A stretch of 64,000 bases of DNA, from positions 64,001 to 128,000 of the forward strand of contig CAWAWS010000018.1 in the NCBI GenBank assembly GCA_963785725.1, given 5' to 3'. This document shows positions 20,576 to 30,229 of this stretch, one piece after another. The notes beneath the pieces are model-generated. The model ran no database searches and was not told the DNA's origin. It worked only from the letters and a program-made list of their open reading frames with translations. The translations under genes were made by a program, and so were the position numbers. Numbering within the stretch: position 1 is the first letter of the stretch; every line of letters begins with the position of its first letter. Source of the DNA: an uncultured delta proteobacterium (GTDB lineage Bacteria; Myxococcota_A; Polyangia; Palsa-1104).

Positions 20576-23344
20576 ATGACGGGCACGCCGCGACGACGAG
20601 CCAGCGATCGCGTGCGGGCGCAGCCGCAGGGTTTCCTCGGCCACTTGCGCTTGCGTCACAAGCTGGCGCTCATGCTGACGATCGCCGCGCTCTTGCCGGT
20701 CCTCGGCGCCTCGACGGTGGCGATGCGGCTCGTGCTCGCGGGCCTCAAGTCGGGCGTGCGCACGCAGACCGAGCGGACGATGCGGGTGGCGCTGAACCTG
20801 GTGCTCACCAACGTCAAAGAGGTCTTCGAAGAGACGATTCGCATGTCGGAGACGGCGGGGCTGAGCGAGCTGCTGTTGCTCGATCCGCAGTCGACGGGCG
20901 AGCTGCTGATGCGCAAAGAGGCGTCGCTCATGCCGGGCTTGGTCGAGATCGCCGACGAGAACGGCAAGGTCGTCGGTCGCCGCATCATCGGCGGCGCGCA
21001 GATGGGCGCGACGCGCTCGTCGGCCGAGGCCATCGCCGGCGCCTTGTCGTACGAGCGGCGGGTGACGATCGCGCGCGGGCCGTCGCCGGGCAGCCCGATC
21101 ATCATCCGCGCCTCGGCGCCGGTCGTCGACGACGCCTATCAGCTGCGCGGCGCCGTCGTCGTCTCGGTGCCGCTCGATGCCGAGTTCGCCGATCGTTTGA
21201 AGGCGCAGCTGTCGGCCGACGTCGTCGTCTACCAAGGCGACGCGCCCACGGCCTCGTCATTCGTCGCCGCCGACGGGCGCCGCGAGGTCGGCTTCGTCGC
21301 GCCGCACGCCATCGCCGCCGACGTCTTGTCGGGCATGACGCGCGTCGTCGAAGCCGCGGCCTACGGCAAGACGTTTTCCGTGGGCTACGCGCCGCTGCAG
21401 GACTTCGAAGGGCGACGCCTGGGCATGCTCGCGGTCGCCGTCGACGAGGACGCGCTCGTCGCCGCCAAGCTGTCGGCGTGGCGCTCGCTGCTGCTCGGCG
21501 GCGCGTCGGCGGTGCTGTTCGCGCTGGCGCTGGCGGCGCTGTTGTCGCGGCGGTTGACGCGGCCGCTCGGCCACTTGCACGCGGGCGCGCTGGCCGTCGC
21601 GCGCGGCGACCTCGACCATCAGATCGTGCAGGAGACCGGCGACGAGATCGGCGACTTGGCCGTCGCCTTCGCGCAGATGACCCGCGGCGTGAAGGAGAAC
21701 CAAGAGCGCCTCGCCGCCCGCATGCGCGAGATCGTCACGCTGCACGAGATCGGTCGCGCCGTGTCGTCGGTGCTCGGGCTCGACGACGTGTTGCGCAAGA
21801 TCGTCGAGGAGGTGGCGTCGGTGCTCGAGTCCGAGCGCTGCGCGCTGCTCCTGACGCGGCCGGACGGCGGCCTGTCGATCGGCGCCGGCGTGCGCTTGCA
21901 AGGCGCGGAGCTCTTGCCGGCGCTGGGCGAAGTCCTACAGCGCCGCGGCGGTCCCGTGCGCATCGACGACGTGCGCCAGGACGACGAGCTGAAATTGCCG
22001 GCGGCCAACGCGCGCGTCGCCGGACCGCTCTTGGCCGTGCCGCTCGAGCAGAAGGACCGCGGCCTCGGCCTGCTCATCGTCACGCGCACCAAGGATCAGC
22101 CCTTCAGCGACGGCGATTTGCGGCTCGTGGCCACCTTCGCCAACCAAGCGGCGACGGCTATATCGAACGCGCGGCTCTACGACGACGTCACCAAGTCGTC
22201 GGAGGATCTGGAGATTCGCGTCAAGGAGCGCACCTTCGAGCTCGTCGTCTCCAACCGCGAGCTCGAGCGGACGCTGTCGGAGCTGCGCGCGGCGCAGGCG
22301 GCGCTCGTGCATTCGGAGCGCATGGCCGGCTTGGGTCAGCTCGTGGCCGGCGTCGCGCACGAGGTCAACTCGCCGGCGGCGGCGATTCAGGGCGCCGTCG
22401 ACAACCTCGCCGAGAACGTGCAGCGGCTGGCGCGGCGCGCGCGCGAATTATCGGACGTGCGCATGGCGCCCGAGGATCGCATGCGCTTCTTCGCGCTCGT
22501 CGAGCAGCTGGCGCCGCGCTTGGCGGGCGCGCGCGTCGAGGCGCCGGCGCTCGTCCGTCGGCAGGCGCGCGAGCTGGCAACCCGATTGGCCCAATTGGGA
22601 GTCCCAAAGGCGGAGAATGCCTGTCGTACGCTCGTGGAAATCGGCGCGGCCGAGGCCGCCTACAACCTGGCGCAGCTGGCGCAAGCGCCCAGCGACGACG
22701 CGGATGCGACGGCCGTGAGCGCGCGCCGGCTCGACGCGCTGGTGGGCTATCTGGAGCAGTACGCCTACCTGTTCCGCAACACGCACGCCATTCGCACGGC
22801 CATTCGCCGCATCACACGCATCGTCGGTGCGCTGAAGGGCTATTCACACCTCGATCAGGCCAAGGTGTCGGCTACGGACCTGCACGAAGGTATCGAGAAC
22901 ACCTTGGTCATCCTGCATAGCGAGCTTAAGTATGGTATAAACGTCACACGGGATTATACCGAGCTGCCGGCGGTGCCGGTCTACGTGGATGAGCTGAACC
23001 AGGTGTGGACCAACCTCATTCACAACGCCGTGCAGGCGCTGGGCGGTCGCGGCGATCTGCTGATCGAGACCCGTGTCGACGGGGCTCATGTCGCGGTGAC
23101 CGTGCAGGACAATGGACCGGGAATTCCCAGCGAGGTCATGCCTCGGATCTTCGAGCCATTTTTTACGACGAAGCCGAAGGGTGAGGGGACGGGATTGGGG
23201 TTGGGGATCGTAAAACAGATCGTGGACAAGCATGGCGGCAAGATCGACGTCACATCGGCGCCGGGTTTGACCCGCTTCACGGTGCGAATTCCTGTGATTG
23301 GTCCACCTCGCGCCGATGCTGATCCGGCGGCTGGGGCGGAGTGA
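20576..23344 (+). CDS. Membrane sensor histidine kinase (periplasmic Cache-like, HAMP, GAF, HisKA, HATPase)
   Basis: Two TMs; HAMP DEIGDLAVAFAQM; GAF DLRLVATFANQAATAISNARLY; AHEVNSP; DNGPGI; GTGLGL. Confidence 0.92.
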   Translation: MTGTPRRRASDRVRAQPQGFLGHLRLRHKLALMLTIAALLPVLGASTVAMRLVLAGLKSGVRTQTERTMRVALNLVLTNVKEVFEETIRMSETAGLSELLLLDPQSTGELLMRKEASLMPGLVEIADENGKVVGRRIIGGAQMGATRSSAEAIAGALSYERRVTIARGPSPGSPIIIRASAPVVDDAYQLRGAVVVSVPLDAEFADRLKAQLSADVVVYQGDAPTASSFVAADGRREVGFVAPHAIAADVLSGMTRVVEAAAYGKTFSVGYAPLQDFEGRRLGMLAVAVDEDALVAAKLSAWRSLLLGGASAVLFALALAALLSRRLTRPLGHLHAGALAVARGDLDHQIVQETGDEIGDLAVAFAQMTRGVKENQERLAARMREIVTLHEIGRAVSSVLGLDDVLRKIVEEVASVLESERCALLLTRPDGGLSIGAGVRLQGAELLPALGEVLQRRGGPVRIDDVRQDDELKLPAANARVAGPLLAVPLEQKDRGLGLLIVTRTKDQPFSDGDLRLVATFANQAATAISNARLYDDVTKSSEDLEIRVKERTFELVVSNRELERTLSELRAAQAALVHSERMAGLGQLVAGVAHEVNSPAAAIQGAVDNLAENVQRLARRARELSDVRMAPEDRMRFFALVEQLAPRLAGARVEAPALVRRQARELATRLAQLGVPKAENACRTLVEIGAAEAAYNLAQLAQAPSDDADATAVSARRLDALVGYLEQYAYLFRNTHAIRTAIRRITRIVGALKGYSHLDQAKVSATDLHEGIENTLVILHSELKYGINVTRDYTELPAVPVYVDELNQVWTNLIHNAVQALGGRGDLLIETRVDGAHVAVTVQDNGPGIPSEVMPRIFEPFFTTKPKGEGTGLGLGIVKQIVDKHGGKIDVTSAPGLTRFTVRIPVIGPPRADADPAAGAE

Positions 23345-24414
23345 TCGGATTGGAAAACTTGGCCAAGGACGGGGTTCAAAAAGAGCACATCATCTGCGTC
23401 GACGACGAAGAGGGCATCCTCACGGCGTTGCGGCAGCAGCTCGGGGCGCGCTTCGGTGACGAGTGCGAGATCGAGGTTGCACAGTCGGCCAAGGACGCGC
23501 TCGAGCTGGTCGAGGAGCTGCGCCGCGACGGCGAGCCGCTGGCGGTGATGATCGCCGACCAGATCATGCCCGGCATGAAGGGCGTCGAGCTGCTCGAAGA
23601 GGTGCACAAGCGCTCGCCGGGCACGACCAAGATCTTGCTCACCGGGCAGGCGGGTCTCGACGCCGTCGTCGCGGCCATCAACAAAGCCGGTCTCAACCGT
23701 TACATTCCCAAGCCTTGGGACGAGCCCGACTTGCGGCTCACGGTCGAGAATCTGCTGAAGACGTTTCGCTTGCATCGCCAGAACGAGACGCTGTTCGAGG
23801 ATCTGAAGCGCAAGAACATCGAGCTCGAGTCGGCCAAGGAGATGCTCGAGGAGAAGGTCAAGCAGCGGACGGCGGCGCTGGAAGAGGCCAACACGCGGCT
23901 CGGCCGTCTCGCGGTGACCGATGGGCTCACCGAGCTCTACAATCACCGCTACTTTCACGAGCAGCTGGCGCTGGCGATCGAGCGTTCGCAGCGCTCTTCG
24001 CTGCCAACGGCGCTGCTCATGATCGACGTCGATCACTTCAAGAAGTACAACGATCGCCAGGGCCATCCGGCCGGCGACGAGGCGCTGCGGACGGTGGCGC
24101 GGCTCATCAGCGAGGATCGCCGCACCGTCGACGTCGTGGCGCGTTACGGCGGCGAGGAGTTCGCCGTGCTGCTGCACGACACGACGAAACAGGCGGCGCT
24201 CGAGGTGGCCGAGAAGATCCGCGCGCGGGTCGCGCAGGCGCCGATCGCGCACGCCGACAAGCAGCCGCTCGGCCGGCTCACGGTCTCGATCGGCGTGGCC
24301 GCCTATCCGGTGGACGCCACCGAGGCCGAGGCGCTGCTCGAGGCCGCCGACGTCGCCCTCTATCGCGCCAAGAAGAGCGGCCGCGACACCGTCGTCCAGT
24401 CCGGCACACGCTGA
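23341..24414 (+). CDS. Response-regulator diguanylate cyclase (REC-GGDEF)
   Basis: ICVDDE...ADQIMPGM; DVDHFKKYND; RYGGEEF with an RTVD I-site-like motif upstream. Confidence 0.93.
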   Translation: MIGLENLAKDGVQKEHIICVDDEEGILTALRQQLGARFGDECEIEVAQSAKDALELVEELRRDGEPLAVMIADQIMPGMKGVELLEEVHKRSPGTTKILLTGQAGLDAVVAAINKAGLNRYIPKPWDEPDLRLTVENLLKTFRLHRQNETLFEDLKRKNIELESAKEMLEEKVKQRTAALEEANTRLGRLAVTDGLTELYNHRYFHEQLALAIERSQRSSLPTALLMIDVDHFKKYNDRQGHPAGDEALRTVARLISEDRRTVDVVARYGGEEFAVLLHDTTKQAALEVAEKIRARVAQAPIAHADKQPLGRLTVSIGVAAYPVDATEAEALLEAADVALYRAKKSGRDTVVQSGTR

Positions 24415-24467
24415 AGTAAACGCTTCAGTATCCGACGCTGAAGTAGCTGCTTCAGTATTCGCTTCAG
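24409..24467. repeat. Two tandem ~27-bp hairpin units (CTGAAG-N6-CTTCAG) between convergent genes; possible bidirectional terminator
   Basis: cgctgaagtaaacgcttcagtatccga then cgctgaagtagctgcttcagtattcg, plus an extra cttcag; both stop codons lie inside the repeats. Confidence 0.65.
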
Positions 24468-25825
24468 TGTCGGGTGCGCACGAGGCGGTAGGGCCCGGCG
24501 GTGGCGATCGTCGTCAGCGACGGGGGCAGCGACGCGGCGTAGACCTCGGGGACGATGGCGAAGGCGGGCTGGGCGGCGAGGATGCGGGCGTAGTCGGCGG
24601 GCGTCGTCAGCAGGACTTCGGCGGGCAACATGCGGCGCGTGTCGGCGTATTCGGCGGCGTCGAAGACGAGCTGCACCGTGCGGCGGTCGGCGTACCAACG
24701 CGCCGAATACGGCGATTGGTCGACGATGAAGAGCGGCTCGCCGGCGCTCATGACCGCGCTCGCTTGCCGCGCCAAGACGCCGGAGTCGGGATCGGCGACT
24801 TCCGGCGGCGACAGCCACGCGGCCGCGAGATGCCACGCGGCGAACAGGGCGAGCGCGAGCGCGGCCAGCCAGCGGCGAATGTCGACGAGCGCGGCGGCGG
24901 CCATGAGCGCCAGCGCCGGGTAAGCGGGCAGCGCGTAGTAGTCGTAGCGCGAGGCGACGAGCGAAAACGGCAGCAGCGTCGCCAGCGTCCATATGAGCGG
25001 CGGCCAGTCGCGGCGGCGCGCGGCGTGGATGATGCCGACGACGAAGACGAGCACGAGCACGCCTTCGGTCCGCAGCATCATGGCCGGGTAATAGAGCGGC
25101 GTCGAATGGCGCAGCATCGGCGACAGCGAACGGCCGACGAGGTTGGCGACGAAGAAGGCGTCGACGAAGGCGTGGCCGTGCCGCGTCCACTGCCAGGCGA
25201 TCCACGGCAGCGACGGCGCGGCGGCGAGCGCCAAGCCGAGCGCCAGCGGGCGCGGACGGGGACGCCGCAGCGCCAGCAGCGCCAGCGGCAGCGCGCCGAC
25301 GATGGGCTTGACGAAGAGCGCGGCGCCGACGAGCAGGCCGAAGGCGTACCAAGCACGCGGGCGGGTCGGCGTCAGCTCCCAGGCGAGCCAGGCGGCGAGC
25401 ATGCAGTCGACGAGCAGCGGCTCAGACTCGATATACGCGGCGTAGCGCAAGGTCAGGCGCGACGTCGTGAACAGTAGCGCGGCGACGAGGCCGACCGGGA
25501 GATCGCGGCGAACGGCGCCGATGGCGAAGAGGAGCGCCGCCGCCAGCGCCGCTTCCAGCGCCAACGGCAGCCGCACGACGAATTCGCGGCTGCCGCCCAC
25601 GGCGACGGCGAGCGCCAGCGGCCAGACGCTGGCCGGCGGACGATAGAGGCAGGGCGCGCCTTGCCAGCGCAGCGTGCCGAACTCGTGGGTCGCGGCCATC
25701 TCGCGCGCCATTTGCGCGTAGACCGCTTCGTCGCCATTGCCGAGCGGGCGCGCGAGCGTGGGCGTGAACAGCGCGGCCGAGACCAGGAACACGACGACGC
25801 CGAGGAGGACCGGCGCCCGCTTCAT
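24464..25825 (-). CDS. ArnT/PMT-family (GT39/GT83-like) membrane glycosyltransferase
   Basis: GDEAVYAQMAREM and YRPP motifs; many TM segments. Confidence 0.85.
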   Translation of the reverse strand: MKRAPVLLGVVVFLVSAALFTPTLARPLGNGDEAVYAQMAREMAATHEFGTLRWQGAPCLYRPPASVWPLALAVAVGGSREFVVRLPLALEAALAAALLFAIGAVRRDLPVGLVAALLFTTSRLTLRYAAYIESEPLLVDCMLAAWLAWELTPTRPRAWYAFGLLVGAALFVKPIVGALPLALLALRRPRPRPLALGLALAAAPSLPWIAWQWTRHGHAFVDAFFVANLVGRSLSPMLRHSTPLYYPAMMLRTEGVLVLVFVVGIIHAARRRDWPPLIWTLATLLPFSLVASRYDYYALPAYPALALMAAAALVDIRRWLAALALALFAAWHLAAAWLSPPEVADPDSGVLARQASAVMSAGEPLFIVDQSPYSARWYADRRTVQLVFDAAEYADTRRMLPAEVLLTTPADYARILAAQPAFAIVPEVYAASLPPSLTTIATAGPYRLVRTRH

Positions 25826-27388
25826 ACGAGCGCGATCACCCGCGGCTTTCGTCCGCGCGCGCGCAAGAAGGCCCGCTGCACGGCGCGCTTGACCGCCGTC
25901 GGCACGTCGACGCCGCCGGGATCGCGGCGCGCGGCCTCGGCGGCGGCTTCGGCGTCGGCGACGATGGCTAAAAGCGTGGTCGCGTTGCAGACGCCGTGCG
26001 CTTCGACGCGCAGCCTGCCGGCCACGTCGGCGACGAAGACGACGCCGTCGCCGGCCAGGCGGCGGCGGGCGCGCAGCACCTCGTGGTCGACGTCGCCGAG
26101 CTGCGTGCCCTCGAGCGACACGCGCCCGGTGGGAACGCGCTCCTCGACGAGGCGCGCGCCGTTCTCCGTCAGCTGCAGGATGTCGCCGTCGACGAGCACG
26201 AACGAGGGAACGCCCACGGACTCGGCCAGATCGGCGTGCGCGAAGAGCTGGCGACGGCCGCCATGCACCGGCATGAGCGCGCGCGGCTGCGTCAGCTGCA
26301 TGAGCTCGCGCAGCTCGTCCTGGCAGGCGTGACCGCTGGCGTGCAAGCCGGGCGCGTCGACGAGCTTGACGCCGCGGGCCAGCAGCTTGTCGACGATGCG
26401 CGCCACCGCCCGCTCGTTGCCCGGCACCGGTCGCGACGACAGAACCAGCGTGTCGTTGCGGCCGAGCGAGATCAGCGGATGCTCGCCCGACGCCATGCGC
26501 CCGAGCGCCGCGCGCGCCTCGCCTTGGCTGCCGGTCACGAGCAGCGCCACCGACGACGGCGGCCGCGTCATCACCGAGGCCGCGTCGATCAAGAGACCGG
26601 CCGGCGGATTGAGCGCACCGACGCTGATCGCCGCTTGCGTCATCTCTTTGAGCCCGCGGCCTTCGAGGCAGACTTTGCGCCCGAGCCGCTGGCAGGCGTT
26701 CATGATCGTCGCAATCCGCTGCACGCTCGACGAGAAGAACGAGAACACGACGCGGCCGCGCGCCGCCTCCAGCTGCGCCACGAGCGCACGGGCGACGTCG
26801 GTCTCCGAGCCCGAGCGGCCGGGTCGTGTCGCGTTGGTCGAATCGGCGACCAGCAGGTCGACGCCGGTCTCGTCTTGGCCGAGCTCACGCAAGCGCGCGA
26901 CATCGGTGGGCGTGACGGCGTCGTGGTCGATCTTCAGGTCGCCGGTATGGATGACGCGACGGCCGCCGGCGTTGATGCTGATCGCGCACGCGTCCGGGAT
27001 CGAGTGCGCCACCGTCAGCGACTCGATCGTGAACGGCCCGAGCGCGATCGTCTCGCCCGGTGTCAGCACGTGCAGCTGCGATTGATCGATCGAGCCGCGC
27101 AGTCGCGCCAACGTCAGCGGCCGGCCGTAGATCGGCGCCGGCGCCACGGCCAGCGCGTGCGGCAAGGCCGCGATGTGATCTTCGTGCGCGTGGGTCAAGA
27201 ATCCAGCCGACGACGTCGCTGCCGCGCGACGCCAGCCATGTGAAATCGGGCATCCACATGTCGACGCCCGGCGATTCCTCGTCGGGAATTTGGCCGCCGC
27301 AGTCGACGCACAAGAGGGCGCCGTCCGCTTCGTAGACGGTCAGATTACGCCCGAACTCTCCACAGCCGCCGAGCGGCACGACGCGCAC
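25822..27388 (-). CDS. rnj: Ribonuclease J (metallo-beta-lactamase/beta-CASP); +1 frameshift near 27199
   Basis: VVPLGGCGEFGRN...VDCG in one frame; THAHEDH, HSIPD, HTGDLK, DSTNA, TGSQGE, HASGH and PVHG in the next. Confidence 0.9.
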
Positions 27389-27422
27389 TCGGCTATCATA
27401 CGCGCGAGTCGGGAGGGTCGAC

Positions 27423-28424
27423 ATGGAGATCGCGGTCATCGGCGCCGGAAGTTGGGGCACGGCGCTGGCCAAAGTGCTGGCGGACAAGGGTTACGCGACG
27501 ACGCTGTGGGGTCGCGATGCGGCGCATTTGGCCGAGATCGAGCGCGATCGCGTCAACGCGCGCTATTTGCCGCAGGCGAAGCTGCCGCCGACGCTGAAGG
27601 CGACGGCGGATCTGGAGAGCGCCGTCGCCGGCAAGGCCGTCGTCGTCTCGGTCGTGCCGTCGCATACGGTGCGCGAGGTCTTTGGGCGCGCGGGCAAGCT
27701 GATGGCGCCCGACGCGATGGTGATTTCGGCCTCCAAAGGCATCGAAAACGAGTCGCTGGCGACGATGGACGAGGTGCTCAAGGAGGTCTTGCCCGGCAAG
27801 ATTGGCACGCGGCTCGGCTTCCTGTCGGGCCCGAGCTTCGCCAAAGAGGTCGGCGCCGGCTTGCCGACGGCGGTCGTCTTGGCGTCGCGCGAGCGCCGTG
27901 TGGCCGACGAAGGCGCGGCGCTGTTTCAGGCCGAGCGCTTTCGCGTCTATACGTCGGATGACGTCGCCGGCGTCGAATTCGGCGGCGCGCTCAAGAACGT
28001 CATGGCCATCGCCGCCGGCGTCGCCGACGGGCTCGGCCTCGGCAACAACGCGCGCGCCGCGCTCATCACGCGCGGGCTGGCCGAGATCTCGCGCATCGCC
28101 GTGCGCAAAGCGGCCAATCCGCTGACGCTGGCGGGCTTGGCCGGCCTCGGCGACCTCGTCTTGACGTGCACGGGCGATCAATCGCGCAATCGCTCCGTCG
28201 GGCTCGGGCTCGGCCGCGGGCAGACGCTGGCGCAGGTGCTGGCCGGCATGTCGCAAGTGGCCGAAGGCGTCAAGACGACGAAGAGCGCGCACGATCTGGC
28301 GGCGCGGCTCGGCGTCGACATGCCGATTACGCGGGCGATGTATCGCGTCATCTACGAAAACGTGCCCGCGGCCGATGTGCTCGTCGAGCTGCTCGGTCGC
28401 CAGCCGAAACACGAGCTCGCCTAA
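27423..28424 (+). CDS. gpsA: NAD(P)H-dependent glycerol-3-phosphate dehydrogenase
   Basis: GAGSWGTALA, SKGIE, SGPSFA, GGALKNV, GLGDLVLTC and SRN. Confidence 0.96.
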   Translation: MEIAVIGAGSWGTALAKVLADKGYATTLWGRDAAHLAEIERDRVNARYLPQAKLPPTLKATADLESAVAGKAVVVSVVPSHTVREVFGRAGKLMAPDAMVISASKGIENESLATMDEVLKEVLPGKIGTRLGFLSGPSFAKEVGAGLPTAVVLASRERRVADEGAALFQAERFRVYTSDDVAGVEFGGALKNVMAIAAGVADGLGLGNNARAALITRGLAEISRIAVRKAANPLTLAGLAGLGDLVLTCTGDQSRNRSVGLGLGRGQTLAQVLAGMSQVAEGVKTTKSAHDLAARLGVDMPITRAMYRVIYENVPAADVLVELLGRQPKHELA

Positions 28425-28447
28425 AGCCAAAGCGGAACGCCGGGACT

Positions 28448-28593
28448 ATGTGACCCTGCGGCAATTTGACGCAGGGCCGCGACGAACGGAATAGACGCGC
28501 TGTGCCCTATTCGGTGGTCGGCTTTTCGTGGTATCGTTCGTGAGCAGCGTATTCCGTTCATCGTCCGTCATCACCTGTGGCGTTTAGTCACAT
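28448..28593. other. Nested inverted repeats; candidate structured RNA or leader
   Basis: ATGTGAC(28448)/GTCACAT(28587); CCCTGCG(28454)/CGCAGGG(28470); GAACGGAATA(28484)/TATTCCGTTC(28550), extended by GACG/CGTC and CGCTG/CAGCG. Confidence 0.4.
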
Positions 28594-28630
28594 GCCTCGC
28601 GTAGCTTCGAACGACTGAGAAGGAGGCTTC

Positions 28631-30229
28631 GTGCAGGAACCGCCGAAGGCGGACGGCAAGCGGCGCGTCCTCATCGTCGACGCCGACGCGGGATTCGTGA
28701 GCGCGCTGTCCGAGGAATTCCGGCAGCGCGACTTCGACGTGCAGGGCGCGGCCGACGCCGACGCGGCGATCGCGGCCATGGCGAGCGGCGCGCCCGAGCT
28801 GGTCGTGCTCGATCTCTATCTGGCGAAGGGCGCCGCGCTCGACCTGTTGCGCTTGTGGAAGCGACAAGCGCCCGAGCTCGTCATCATTCTCGTGTCCGAC
28901 AATGCGTCGTTGACGGTGGTCGTGGATGCGCTGAACGAAGGCGCGCGCCGCTTCTTCACGAAGCCCGTCACCGCCGCGGCGCTGCTCGACGAGCTGAAAG
29001 ATCGCCGGCTCGGGACGGAGACGACGCCGAGTCACCTCTTGAGCGTGGCCGCGCTCAAGGCCGAAGGCGCCGACCGCTTCTTCATGCTCTCGCCCGGGCT
29101 CTTGTGCGTGGCCGGCTTCGACGGCTACTTCAAGCTGCTCAATCCGGCGTGGGAGAAGACGCTCGGCTATTCCATCGACGAGCTGTGCGCGCAGCCGCAG
29201 ATCGAGCTGGTCCATCCCGACGATCGGCAAAAGGCCAGCGACGAAGGCGTGGAGCTGTGTAACGGCGAGACGGTCTTTCGCTTCAAGAATCGTTATCGCT
29301 GCAAAGACGGCTCTTATCGCTGGCTGGAATGGAACGCGATGCCGTCGCCGGTCCATCGGCTGATTTACGCGTCCGCGCGTGACGTCACGCTGCGCGTTCG
29401 CATGGAGCAGGGGCTGCGCCAGTCGAACGAGCAGCTCAAGCGGCAGGTCTCGTCGCGCGAGATGCAGCTGCGCGAATCGGCGGTGCTGAACGACTCGCTG
29501 GCGGAGCTCGGGCGCGTCAAAGACGACGTGGCGGCGATGATCGTTCACGATCTGAAGAATCCGCTCTCGGTGATTCTCTCCAATTACGAATACGTGCTCG
29601 AAGGATTCGAGGGCGCTGCCGATTGTCTGGAGGCGCTGCAGGATTCGCGCAATGCCGGCCAGCGCATGCTGCGGCTGCTGGCCAACCTGGCCGATGTCGC
29701 GCGTTTGGAGAGCGGCGTCGTCACCGTCAGCACGAGCGAGGTCGGGCTCGCGCAGCTGGTGCAGAGCGTGGCCGAGCAGCGGCGCGTCATCGCGCGCTCG
29801 CGAAACATCGAGATCCTCGTGCTGCCGTGCGCGGACGCGACGGTCGCCATCGACGCCGATCTCGTCACGCGCACGATCGAGAACATCTTCGACAATGCGC
29901 TCCGCTACGCGCCCGAGGGCGGTTTCATCGAGGTCGAGCTGCGCGTGGCGGGGAGCGACGTCGAGCTGCGCATCGGCAACTCCGGCCGCGCCATTCCGAT
30001 GGACGAGCGGCAGACCATCTTCGAGAAATACCGGCAGACGGGCGCGGTATCGGGCCGCATGAACCTCGGCCTGGGGCTGTATTTTTGCCGGCTGGCCACC
30101 GAGGCGCAGCGGGGCCGGATCTGGGTCGAAGAGACGGCGCGCCTGCCGACCGTGTTCGCGCTGCGTTTTCCCGGCCACCCGTGCGTCGCCGCCAGCGTGG
30201 CCGAGGCGCGGCCGCGCGAGGCGATCTAG
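28631..30229 (+). CDS. Cytoplasmic hybrid sensor kinase (REC-PAS-HisKA-HATPase)
   Basis: RBS AAGGAGG; REC VVLDLYL; PAS VHPDD...DGSYRWLEW; VHDLKNPL; NALRY; GLGLYFC. Confidence 0.9.
   Translation: MQEPPKADGKRRVLIVDADAGFVSALSEEFRQRDFDVQGAADADAAIAAMASGAPELVVLDLYLAKGAALDLLRLWKRQAPELVIILVSDNASLTVVVDALNEGARRFFTKPVTAAALLDELKDRRLGTETTPSHLLSVAALKAEGADRFFMLSPGLLCVAGFDGYFKLLNPAWEKTLGYSIDELCAQPQIELVHPDDRQKASDEGVELCNGETVFRFKNRYRCKDGSYRWLEWNAMPSPVHRLIYASARDVTLRVRMEQGLRQSNEQLKRQVSSREMQLRESAVLNDSLAELGRVKDDVAAMIVHDLKNPLSVILSNYEYVLEGFEGAADCLEALQDSRNAGQRMLRLLANLADVARLESGVVTVSTSEVGLAQLVQSVAEQRRVIARSRNIEILVLPCADATVAIDADLVTRTIENIFDNALRYAPEGGFIEVELRVAGSDVELRIGNSGRAIPMDERQTIFEKYRQTGAVSGRMNLGLGLYFCRLATEAQRGRIWVEETARLPTVFALRFPGHPCVAASVAEARPREAI

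Noticed and set aside
25822..27388. rnj, fadA6 and ech as true pseudogenes or programmed frameshifts
   Set aside because: Each has a single +1 lesion with intact catalytic motifs and no slippery sequence; sequencing error is more parsimonious.
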